DNA from: an uncultured virus (IMG/VR IMGVR_UViG_3300025103_000005)
Taxonomy: Duplodnaviria; Heunggongvirae; Uroviricota; Caudoviricetes
DNA length: 54,349 nt
IMG/VR virus record: IMGVR_UViG_3300025103_000005
Reading direction: 5' to 3' (one strand)
Part shown: one piece after another, positions 45,493 to 53,882 of the stretch
Numbering within the stretch: the stretch's first letter is position 1
Layout of the letters: every line of letters begins with the position of its first letter
The notes under the pieces: model-generated
The model's input: only the letters and a program-made list of their open reading frames with translations
The model's database searches: none
Told to the model about the DNA's origin: nothing
Translations under genes and position numbers: made by a program

Positions 45493-46659
45493 ATGGCACG
45501 AAACTACGTACGAACAATAACTGACATGGAGCGCTATTACTATGGCGCAGGGAACGCAATGGGGTATTCTTACTCCGGTAGTGAACTACTCAAGGCAGAC
45601 AGCCCAATGCTGTCTACCACTGGTGGAACTTACCAAGCAATTTATGGACGCAAAGTCTGGTCGCAACTGAACCAAGAGTTCAACGCTTTCAGTATTCTAC
45701 CCAAGAAGCCTTGGGACCGAAGTGGATGGCGCGTAATCACTGGTCGCCCCAATTCGGGCACTCTACACGGTGGAGTTGCAGAGAACGCAACACTACCTGA
45801 GACAGTCAAGCCGACTTTCCAGCACGTTGCTGCAAAGCCTAAGACTATCGCACACACCTTTGATATGTCCGAGACAGCGATTTTCCTCGCTGACAAGGAT
45901 GATGGCCTCGGAGATATCCGCTCGGTCATGAAGGAAGAAATGGGCAAACATCACGCTGAGATGGTGAACAAGATGCTTTGTACCGATGTCGACACACCTG
46001 CTGCTAACAACTTCGAGTCCTTGGACCGAGTTACAGCAGCATACAGCAACAACGCAACTACCACAACTGGTCTGGTTAATGGTCACGACAATCTAAGCGC
46101 TGACTCTGACCTCGACATATACAGTATCGACAGGAGTGCAAACTCATGGTCGAACGCTGAGATGAGCAACAACGCAGTGAGCAATGTCTCAACTGACAGA
46201 GTTCTTTCTCTCGACTTGATTGACGAGATGTTCCAGAAACTCTGGGTCCGTGGTGGTAACCCCAAGGTTATGCTAACCGGATATGACACACTAATGCGCC
46301 TGCAGCAACTATTGCAGAGCCAGCAAAGGTTCATGGAAGAGAAGAGAGTCACCCCCACCTACAACGGTGTAAAGGGTGTTCCGGGAATGGAAGCCGGATT
46401 TATCGTGGCTACCTACAACGGAGTCCCAATTATCCCAACCAAGAACATGCTGACGGATTCTATCAGTCGCGTTTACTTCTTAGATACAGATTACCTGCAC
46501 TTTAGCACAGCAATACCGACCCAATACTTCGAGTCGGGAATTGAGACCGGCGACCCCTTCGCCATCAACAGGCTGGGTCAAGAAGGACTCTACCGAACAA
46601 TGGGCGAGATTTGGACCACTTTCTTTGGGTCACAAGGAAGTCTGAGGGACTTGAAGTGA
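45493..46659 (+). CDS. Major capsid protein (HK97 fold)
   Basis: Follows protease; 388 aa; GGVAENATLP, YNGVPII motifs; strong SD. Confidence 0.88.
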   Translation: MARNYVRTITDMERYYYGAGNAMGYSYSGSELLKADSPMLSTTGGTYQAIYGRKVWSQLNQEFNAFSILPKKPWDRSGWRVITGRPNSGTLHGGVAENATLPETVKPTFQHVAAKPKTIAHTFDMSETAIFLADKDDGLGDIRSVMKEEMGKHHAEMVNKMLCTDVDTPAANNFESLDRVTAAYSNNATTTTGLVNGHDNLSADSDLDIYSIDRSANSWSNAEMSNNAVSNVSTDRVLSLDLIDEMFQKLWVRGGNPKVMLTGYDTLMRLQQLLQSQQRFMEEKRVTPTYNGVKGVPGMEAGFIVATYNGVPIIPTKNMLTDSISRVYFLDTDYLHFSTAIPTQYFESGIETGDPFAINRLGQEGLYRTMGEIWTTFFGSQGSLRDLK

Positions 46660-46697
46660 GGCCAGAAGGCAGGAATATATACAGGAGATGAAGAAAA

Positions 46698-47096
46698 ATG
46701 GCAGATACATTAACAGTAACAGGCAGTAGCACAACGGCAACCCTTGTAGGGGCATGGGAACTCAGAGCGGGCTCTCACGACACAACAGAATGGCTTGACG
46801 GAGCAGCAGATGTAAGTTATCCGGGCGGAGGTCCGGGCACTTTCCATCCATCAAACTCCGATGGAGCGACCGGATACGACCCGGCCCCCAAGATGGCATT
46901 GATTACACTTGGTTCAACAACTAATGGAGCCACTGTCACACTAAGTGGCGGAGCAACCTCTGTTCTTACAGCAATAGCAACTGGCGGCACAAGCGCGAAT
47001 GCGCAGACACTCGGTGCTACAATTAGCGGTCTGGTAGTCACACTACCTACAACTGGAACTGTAACCAGTGGGCAACTTGTGGTATTTTACAACTGA
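46698..47096 (+). CDS. Putative capsid decoration/structural protein
   Basis: Thr/Gly-rich; 21-nt translation-start region identical to that of MCP. Confidence 0.55.
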   Translation: MADTLTVTGSSTTATLVGAWELRAGSHDTTEWLDGAADVSYPGGGPGTFHPSNSDGATGYDPAPKMALITLGSTTNGATVTLSGGATSVLTAIATGGTSANAQTLGATISGLVVTLPTTGTVTSGQLVVFYN

Positions 47097-47105
47097 GGTG
47101 GGTGA

Positions 47106-47564
47106 ATGCCTACCGTAACATATGCAGGCAAGTGGTATTCTCGTGCTGGACGCGACCCATCCATAGGCGAATGGATTCGCGGAAGCAGAAGAACCGTCTC
47201 CCAATCTTGGTTGGATGACAACAGGCATTGGTTACTCAAGGACGATTATATCATTGAGGGCGACGAAGCACCGCATTCAGATGCGGGCAATGATGGCATT
47301 CCAGACAGCGAATGGAGAAAAGCCGACATTATGGCTTGGCTCGACAATAACGGAATACCAATTAGCGGTGGTTACAAGACCAAGAGTTCTCTTCTCTCTT
47401 TAGTGGAAGAGGCTTTAAGTCCGGCCCCTGTCGAAGAGCCAGTAGTCGAGGCGGAACCTGAAGCCGAAGAACCAGTAGTGGAAGAAGCAGTAGTGGAAGA
47501 AGCAGTAGTGGAAGAAGCAGTGGTGGAAGAAGCAGTAGCAGAAGACGAAACGGAAATGGAGTGA
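47106..47564 (+). CDS. HeH/LEM-like domain protein with acidic repeat tail
   Basis: WRKADIMAWLDNNGI...TKSSLLSLV; VVEEA repeats. Confidence 0.6.
   Translation: MPTVTYAGKWYSRAGRDPSIGEWIRGSRRTVSQSWLDDNRHWLLKDDYIIEGDEAPHSDAGNDGIPDSEWRKADIMAWLDNNGIPISGGYKTKSSLLSLVEEALSPAPVEEPVVEAEPEAEEPVVEEAVVEEAVVEEAVVEEAVAEDETEME
47473..47532 (+). repeat. 15-bp tandem repeat x4 (encodes VVEEA)
   Basis: cagt(a/g)gtggaagaag units. Confidence 0.9.
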
Positions 47565-47570
47565 TGAAAA

Positions 47571-47849
47571 ATGGCATTTAGTAGCACAACAGACACAAGA
47601 ACACACGTAATGGGTGACCTAATGATGGTTACTGGAGATTGGAACGCAGCGAGTGTAGCAACAGGCACAATAGTAACTGGCCTATCAGAGATACTCGCTT
47701 GCGGAGTAATAGGCGACACTTTCGGTGACGTCACAGGTGGAGGCGTAGATGGGGCATTTGCCATCGTCACAGACGCAGCACCCGGCTCCCTCACAATAGA
47801 TTGCGTAGCCAGCAACACTGGTAAGTGGTGGGCATTGGGTAAGCGCTGA
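47571..47849 (+). CDS. Small structural/hypothetical protein
   Basis: ORF track; GGAGTGA SD. Confidence 0.7.
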   Translation: MAFSSTTDTRTHVMGDLMMVTGDWNAASVATGTIVTGLSEILACGVIGDTFGDVTGGGVDGAFAIVTDAAPGSLTIDCVASNTGKWWALGKR

Positions 47850-47857
47850 AACAGGCG

Positions 47858-48064
47858 GTGACCTATATGGCTAATCTAACACTAAAGTTTGCAGTTATCG
47901 GCCCGATAGCCCCGAAGGATTTTTCCAATGAGGCTAGGGCAGAAACAGCATTGGCGGCAGGATATACTACGATTACTGATGCAGCGTCTACGTCATCATT
48001 AGTGTCATCTGAGCCAATTATTATTCTTGGAAATGTGTTTCTTGTTCTCACATACTATGCATGA
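47858..48064 (+). CDS. Small hypothetical protein
   Basis: ORF track; GGCGGTGA SD before MANL. Confidence 0.6.
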   Translation: MTYMANLTLKFAVIGPIAPKDFSNEARAETALAAGYTTITDAASTSSLVSSEPIIILGNVFLVLTYYA

Positions 48065-48073
48065 AGGTGGTGT

Positions 48074-48379
48074 TTGTGGATGTCCAAGTTCGAGTTACAA
48101 ACACTTGATATTGACGACATCAGCAGAGCAGCCAAGCAAAATGTTCGTGCAGACATTAAATACGACAACCAGAAAATCAATACCGATGCTCCGCTAAAGG
48201 GCATCACTAAGAAGCAGAGGGCGAGAACCTCTGATATCGCAGACATACTCGATATTGGTGCTGGCACACGCTGTGCTCACTGTGGTATGCTTCACTTTCT
48301 ATGGAGGGCTACTTGTGGCGCTTGCGAAAGGCCTATGAAATATAACCTCGGAAGCCGTAATGAGGAGGCGAGGTTATGA
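48074..48379 (+). CDS. Zn-ribbon protein
   Basis: CAHC...CGAC. Confidence 0.7.
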   Translation: MWMSKFELQTLDIDDISRAAKQNVRADIKYDNQKINTDAPLKGITKKQRARTSDIADILDIGAGTRCAHCGMLHFLWRATCGACERPMKYNLGSRNEEARL

Positions 48380-49073
48380 ATGAGTTTGACTTAGCATGGA
48401 CCATCTTGAAGGGACTCCCCGAACAACAGATGTTTATAGAAGATTCAACACCTCCTAAAATGATGAACCAAAATAGGAGAATTAGTAGAATGGGAACAGT
48501 CAATCCTGCAATTGAGGGTATGTTATCAAGAGAGTGGTCTAATCATCCAGATTGGGGTGATAAACGTCCTAATTTAAGAATTAATTCAGAGGCAGCCCCA
48601 AATTACAAAGGGGATAGTTTATTGGATTGGACTCATTCCATAATTGATGGTTCTCAAGGACTACATGAAAAATGGTATCCGGGTAAAAAACGAGGAGCGT
48701 GGGGAACTGAGGGAGAAGATGTAGCGTATGACGATACTCCAAGACGCAACTCAACTCAAGATATTATTAACCAATATGACCCGAAAAAGCATGGAAACGA
48801 TATTGACCAGTATATGGCTGAGAATGACCCATCTACACGAAGAAAACTGGAAGAAGAGGAAGAAACAAGAAAAAGAGGTGAACAAGAAACTCAAGATAAT
48901 TTCAAAAATCTTCTTCAAGAATATGAACCGGAGCAATTTTTGGACCATCCTGACGGCTTAACTCCTATTCAAAGACAAAGAAGTAGATTAGAAGACATGG
49001 CTCGTGAGTTAGCAATGGCTCGCGGTATGCCTGACCCTCGTAATGAGGAGGCGAGGCTATGAATGAGTTTGAC
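48356..49073 (+). repeat. 35-bp direct repeats (48356-48390 and 49039-49073) flanking one gene
   Basis: cgtaatgaggaggcgagg(t/c)tatgaatgagtttgac, 34/35 identical. Confidence 0.9.
48376..49062 (+). CDS. Leader-family protein, unknown cargo
   Basis: MNEFDLAWTILK leader; ends RNEEARL like the upstream gene. Confidence 0.75.
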   Translation: MNEFDLAWTILKGLPEQQMFIEDSTPPKMMNQNRRISRMGTVNPAIEGMLSREWSNHPDWGDKRPNLRINSEAAPNYKGDSLLDWTHSIIDGSQGLHEKWYPGKKRGAWGTEGEDVAYDDTPRRNSTQDIINQYDPKKHGNDIDQYMAENDPSTRRKLEEEEETRKRGEQETQDNFKNLLQEYEPEQFLDHPDGLTPIQRQRSRLEDMARELAMARGMPDPRNEEARL

Positions 49074-49433
49074 CCAATGGATATTGTATTCCAATTACTC
49101 AAGGATTCTGCTAAAGTACGAGATGGTAGTCCGTTTGCCTTTCCTAAAAGAGATGACCCAAGATATGATTACCGGCACCGGCTCCAAGCGCCGCATACGA
49201 ATCCCTCTTTGGATTATCTGAAAAGACAAGCGGCTTTGTCACAACAATCAGCACCACCTATGGACCCTTCATGGACTCCTGAAGCAATAGCGAGAATCAA
49301 TGCTCAAAACGATGAAGCAAGGAGAGCACTTTCTCTGAAGGGCAAAAAAATCAATTGTGAAGATAATTCCCATGAAGAAGGTTGGTCATATTGCGGTAAG
49401 AGTGAATGTGTATCATGTGGCGGGGGTTACTGA
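49059..49433 (+). CDS. Leader-family protein with Cys/His-rich C-terminus
   Basis: MNEFDPMDIVFQLLK leader. Confidence 0.7.
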   Translation: MNEFDPMDIVFQLLKDSAKVRDGSPFAFPKRDDPRYDYRHRLQAPHTNPSLDYLKRQAALSQQSAPPMDPSWTPEAIARINAQNDEARRALSLKGKKINCEDNSHEEGWSYCGKSECVSCGGGY

Positions 49434-49434
49434 A

Positions 49435-49500
49435 ATGACAGCATTCGACAAGGCTTGGATATACTGTGGGTATAGTGAATTAGCCGAAGAGAACTCGTAA
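49435..49500 (+). pseudogene. Leader-only remnant or 21-aa peptide
   Basis: MTAFDKAWIYCGYSELAEENS*; first 8 aa match the leader consensus, LK end and cargo absent. Confidence 0.5.
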
Positions 49501-49513
49501 GAGAGAGATTGAA

Positions 49514-51082
49514 ATGCCACAAGTATTCAGCCCCGGTGAAGGAGAGACAAGACCTCTTGACCCCACAGCAGTCGTCTACACCACAGCACAGAAAGTTGCA
49601 GACCTACTCGATATGGGGCCGCAAGATGCTGTCGCAGTCAGTGCTGACTCTGAGTCTGATAGAGTATATGTGACGGGCGCCGATTACAGAAATATCGGAT
49701 TTTCAGTAGGCGATACAATTCTCATTTACAGCGATGCGCAAGCATTGGGAATAGAGAAGACAATTACATCTATTGCCGAAGGAGGGACCAATGGAGTAGC
49801 CCTATACTTTACAGGGTCATTCTCAACTTCGGATTACCAAGCGGTAGACGATACATATGTGCAAAATCTGGCATCATTCACCAATGGAAGAACTCGTGGA
49901 TTAACTAAGGCTAAGGTTGAGGAAGTCATTCTTCGTATGCAGGACCACATAGACAACAGAACTCACAATGCATGGAGACCGTATCTTGTTAATGCGGAAT
50001 ACATCAACTTCGATACTTACAAGCCATATCGTCGTCGATACTATACTGACTACGTCGGCACTTCTCCACTTCTCTTCAGAAACGTTCAGCAGATACTTCG
50101 ATTGGAGTTGTGGCAAGGAGATGACTACCGAGAGATAGGTGCAGCAGAGGCAAGAATCACACTGCCAGACAATGTGCGAGACCTCTCCGGTTCCATAGTC
50201 GTTTCACCCGGCAATGGGAGCGTCGGTGTCCTCTCAATCGGCAGTAGCACTGCGAATTGGCGAGCAGACTTCGATAAGGCAACTTCTGCTCAGAATCTGG
50301 CTGACCTAATCAATAAAGAAGACAGAGTAGGAAAGACCGTAGTGGATTTTGCGCCTACATTTATTCTTGAGGGTAATACGGCTAATGTCGCAGTTCACAA
50401 TGAGTTTCTTGCTTCGGCTAATTCCGATTATGGGACAGGCATCGTCAAGATAACCAGCATGAGAGATACAAAGGGAGGAGAGAGTTGCACAATCGTTGCC
50501 ACTGATAGCGACATAGATATTAGTCAGACCAGCAGTTCAACGGCTACATTCAGTAATCTCTCTTCTACAACTATTAACGTAGATACTACAAGTGGATTTG
50601 CAGAAACGGGTGTTGTCGTCGATGCGAGCGGTGACGTCTTTCGTTATACAGGGAAAACTGCTACGGCCTTCACCGGATGTGTAATTGTAGTAGGGTCTGC
50701 TCTTTCTGATATAGCGGGGATTCTGACTCAACATCAATTCCAGATAGACCTTCAAGGTGGAAGCACCAGTGGAGACAAAGGCAGACTGAGAGACTGGTGG
50801 CTCGACCACGAGATGGGCATCATATACTTCAACAACTCATATCCATTCTTTGAGTGGAATGCAATCAAGACATCTTACATCTATGGTGAGCGCTATGTGG
50901 ATAAAGGCATAGAGGATATCTGCACTAAGTTGGTAGCAATTGATTTACTGATGAATGATGACCGTAGCGTTCTCATACCGGAAGGAACACAGAATGTGGA
51001 CTTGGCATCTAAGATTCAACTCTATCGAGCAGATGTAGACCGGGTCTTCACGCGATACATTGAGGTGGTTGTCTTTGGGTGA
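49514..51082 (+). CDS. Putative head-tail adaptor/neck protein with inserted beta-rich domains
   Basis: Position; YTTAQKVADLL N-terminus, IDNRT..AW, SYIYG...IEDICTKLVAIDL typical of head-tail connectors. Confidence 0.6.
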   Translation: MPQVFSPGEGETRPLDPTAVVYTTAQKVADLLDMGPQDAVAVSADSESDRVYVTGADYRNIGFSVGDTILIYSDAQALGIEKTITSIAEGGTNGVALYFTGSFSTSDYQAVDDTYVQNLASFTNGRTRGLTKAKVEEVILRMQDHIDNRTHNAWRPYLVNAEYINFDTYKPYRRRYYTDYVGTSPLLFRNVQQILRLELWQGDDYREIGAAEARITLPDNVRDLSGSIVVSPGNGSVGVLSIGSSTANWRADFDKATSAQNLADLINKEDRVGKTVVDFAPTFILEGNTANVAVHNEFLASANSDYGTGIVKITSMRDTKGGESCTIVATDSDIDISQTSSSTATFSNLSSTTINVDTTSGFAETGVVVDASGDVFRYTGKTATAFTGCVIVVGSALSDIAGILTQHQFQIDLQGGSTSGDKGRLRDWWLDHEMGIIYFNNSYPFFEWNAIKTSYIYGERYVDKGIEDICTKLVAIDLLMNDDRSVLIPEGTQNVDLASKIQLYRADVDRVFTRYIEVVVFG

Positions 51083-51380
51083 TGATACCGAAAAAATGGT
51101 CTACAATGAGTGGAAAGAAGCGATTGAGAAGGAGTTCACTCAAGCAGAGACTCAAGCGGAACTACGTAAGGGCGTTATAGAAGGTTCTACGCAGTATCAC
51201 GATTTAGTGAAGTCTCAAGAGGAGAATCCTGATATTGTGGATAGGCGTATGCTAACTGAATCGCCCATATTGACTGAGCAGAAACTTAAGTTCAATGGTA
51301 ATTCAGTATTACCAGATTGGGACGCTCATGATAAAGCAAGGAGGAAGAAGAAATGGTTGCCACCTTCAAAGAAGGAATAG
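51060..51380 (+). CDS. Hypothetical neck-region protein (start uncertain)
   Basis: ORF track; fills the gap between neck genes. Confidence 0.6.
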   Translation: MRWLSLGDDTEKMVYNEWKEAIEKEFTQAETQAELRKGVIEGSTQYHDLVKSQEENPDIVDRRMLTESPILTEQKLKFNGNSVLPDWDAHDKARRKKKWLPPSKKE

Positions 51381-51802
51381 ATGTCATTTTGGATGTCCTC
51401 AAGGACAATTGGAATAGGGCAAATACGAGCAACTACAAGCCTATTATCATTGATATAGCCGATGTGACGCCTGAGCGAGGTAAGCGTCTTGACCTTGATA
51501 GGTCGGACTATATTCTCGTTTTCGAGACGGCACATAACGAAGAACTACCTGAGATGCTCTACGATTTTGTCACAACCAGAATCAATATCACGGTGGATAT
51601 GCGGACTACGAGAAATCGTAGGCAACTTAAGGAGATGGAAAACGAGTTGAGAAGGTGTATTCACTTGAAGAGAAAGGGCGATGGCGTCAATTTCGATAGG
51701 TTAGTATACAAAACACGCACGGATTTGTCCGATAGGAGCAAGAAATTGTTCAGAATGACCTTCCAGATAGAAGTAGTTATCTTTGCAGAGCCAATCCCAT
51801 GA
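51353..51802 (+). CDS. Putative tail terminator/completion protein
   Basis: 149 aa directly upstream of the tail tube; alternating beta/alpha pattern. Confidence 0.5.
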   Translation: MVATFKEGIDVILDVLKDNWNRANTSNYKPIIIDIADVTPERGKRLDLDRSDYILVFETAHNEELPEMLYDFVTTRINITVDMRTTRNRRQLKEMENELRRCIHLKRKGDGVNFDRLVYKTRTDLSDRSKKLFRMTFQIEVVIFAEPIP

Positions 51803-51816
51803 GGTGAGAGAGAGCC

Positions 51817-53877
51817 ATGCCGTCCACAGTCTACAAGGGTGATTTAACAGAAGTGACCTTCGGTCACGAGTCTGGCTTGACTTTGAAACATGGTTATGCG
51901 GGGTCTAATTTCAAGTTCACAGCATCTTTTGACCCGAATGACCCTGCACCCGCTAATGCGCCACATCAGAATCTCACTAAGGATACCAGTGTGATTGTCT
52001 TTGATAGCGGTGCGTCGAATACTCCAGTGCATAACGGAATCCTTCGTTATCCCAATGGGATGCTTGTGGGTAGTAAAGTGACCTTCTCAATAGCCTCAAC
52101 CAGTCCTAATTGGAGCACTGATGATGATTATTCTGTAACTGGTAGGACATATACCATCATCAAGCAGGAAGTCGCAAATGATACGAACAGCCAAAATAAC
52201 AACAAGACTGAGATTACAGTCACTCCTGCGTTGAAATCTGACCATACTACTGCCGACAAAGACTCAAAGACTGGAGATACCATGTATATTCACTCCTTCA
52301 CTACGCCGACAATAGATGTCAGTATGATTCATAATGATGCTGCCAATGAATCTGTGGAGCGTGTTCTGACTGACCAATTCGTTGGACTGGTCAGCACCAT
52401 AGCCCTACCAGAGACTAAAGTTGACCTCAAGCGTTATCATGTTGTTGGCCTTGGTCGTGATGTAGCAGTGCAAGTTCCGGGTAGATACCTCAATCAAGGA
52501 GGCTCTTTCGAGTGCAACATTCACAATGGTAGATGGTTTAACTACTGCCTCGGTCAAGAGGTAGTAAAATTACATGCTAACACAAAGGAGACTGGCGGTA
52601 ACACATACAGTCTTCTTGGTTCAGTTAGTGCAGGCGATAATTTCTTGATGTTTGATGGAAACAGTAGTTGGCCTACGATAAATAGCGTGCAACTCGCTCC
52701 GGGTGATTACATCATTCTTGACTCTTCGACAGAGATGGTTGATGTTCAAACATACAGAGATACTGGCGTGGGCACCAGTGTAGACAAGAAAGACGACGCT
52801 TGGCCCAATGTAGGAGCCGCACAGATATTCGATAAGGCTCTCAAAACTGAGGTTAGAAGGATAGCGGCTGTGCAACGAAATGGGGCAGAGTATTCAGTCT
52901 GGTTGGACGACTCTCTATTGTATGCCCATGCAAATGATTTAGTCGTGAAGTTCGCTAAGTATCAAACAGACTCAACTTTCGGCAGTCCTCACAGAGACAG
53001 TAGCACTGGCAACCTAACTCAACCCGTCGAGCATCTCTTCTTCTCTCGAAGCACAATACCATCTTTCTCAATGGAAGTGAGTATCAGAAGGCGCGATGCC
53101 GATAGCAATGAGGGAACTACAGATGGTGGAAGTGGCGATTCTAAGCAACTTACGCGTGTTTTCCGTGGTTGTAAGGTCAAGGACTTCAGTTTGACCGCTG
53201 ATACAGATGCTGCTCTAAGACTCACTACAAACTTCGATTCTGCTCTTTGTTATACCGATACAGGGCGCTTAGAAAGCACAAAAGGAGACAGATACGATAC
53301 GCACAGGCTCTTTGAGGACACCGCTAATACTGAAGTTGAACGGAAGAAGGCAGGTATCGAGAAGGGTACGCAGAAGCCGTTTATGTTCTACAACGGTTCG
53401 ATAAGCGTAGCAGGAACCACATTAGGGCAGGTAGTATCTTTCACTTTAAACGGTAAGACTGGAGTTGAGCAATTCTACACTATCAGCGGAGCAAACATAG
53501 CAGATGCGGCGACAGACCAAGTGCCTCATGCTGGAACAAGAAACCCTAAACTCGCTGTGGAAGGTAAGACTGAGTATGACCTTGAGATGGAGATTATCGT
53601 GGATGACCCTCTTTTCTACCATAAGGTAAGGAGAGCAGTAGACCATTTCGACGATACTGATGAGACTGCTCAAACAGATGCAGACATGATACGACTGTCT
53701 TTCGTCAAACAGGGCACTGGGGCAGACAGAGAATCTATCGACATACTAATTGATGACTATTTCATTACGGAGGCACCGCTTCCTATTCCAGAGGATAAGG
53801 GGCCAATACGCTCTGCACTCAAGATATTGCCTAAGACCTTCAAGGTCATTAGCAAGGATACGATACTACACGCGTGA
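51817..53877 (+). CDS. Major tail tube protein (siphovirus-type) with insertions
   Basis: FGHESG N-terminus, IPSFSMEV, FRGCKVKDFSL, PFMFYNG, VSFTLN motifs of tube proteins. Confidence 0.7.
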   Translation: MPSTVYKGDLTEVTFGHESGLTLKHGYAGSNFKFTASFDPNDPAPANAPHQNLTKDTSVIVFDSGASNTPVHNGILRYPNGMLVGSKVTFSIASTSPNWSTDDDYSVTGRTYTIIKQEVANDTNSQNNNKTEITVTPALKSDHTTADKDSKTGDTMYIHSFTTPTIDVSMIHNDAANESVERVLTDQFVGLVSTIALPETKVDLKRYHVVGLGRDVAVQVPGRYLNQGGSFECNIHNGRWFNYCLGQEVVKLHANTKETGGNTYSLLGSVSAGDNFLMFDGNSSWPTINSVQLAPGDYIILDSSTEMVDVQTYRDTGVGTSVDKKDDAWPNVGAAQIFDKALKTEVRRIAAVQRNGAEYSVWLDDSLLYAHANDLVVKFAKYQTDSTFGSPHRDSSTGNLTQPVEHLFFSRSTIPSFSMEVSIRRRDADSNEGTTDGGSGDSKQLTRVFRGCKVKDFSLTADTDAALRLTTNFDSALCYTDTGRLESTKGDRYDTHRLFEDTANTEVERKKAGIEKGTQKPFMFYNGSISVAGTTLGQVVSFTLNGKTGVEQFYTISGANIADAATDQVPHAGTRNPKLAVEGKTEYDLEMEIIVDDPLFYHKVRRAVDHFDDTDETAQTDADMIRLSFVKQGTGADRESIDILIDDYFITEAPLPIPEDKGPIRSALKILPKTFKVISKDTILHA

Positions 53878-53882
53878 TTACT

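Noticed and set aside
51817..53877. Contractile tail sheath (suggested by its 686-aa size)
   Set aside because: Motifs match tube-type proteins with insertions; no sheath signatures recognised
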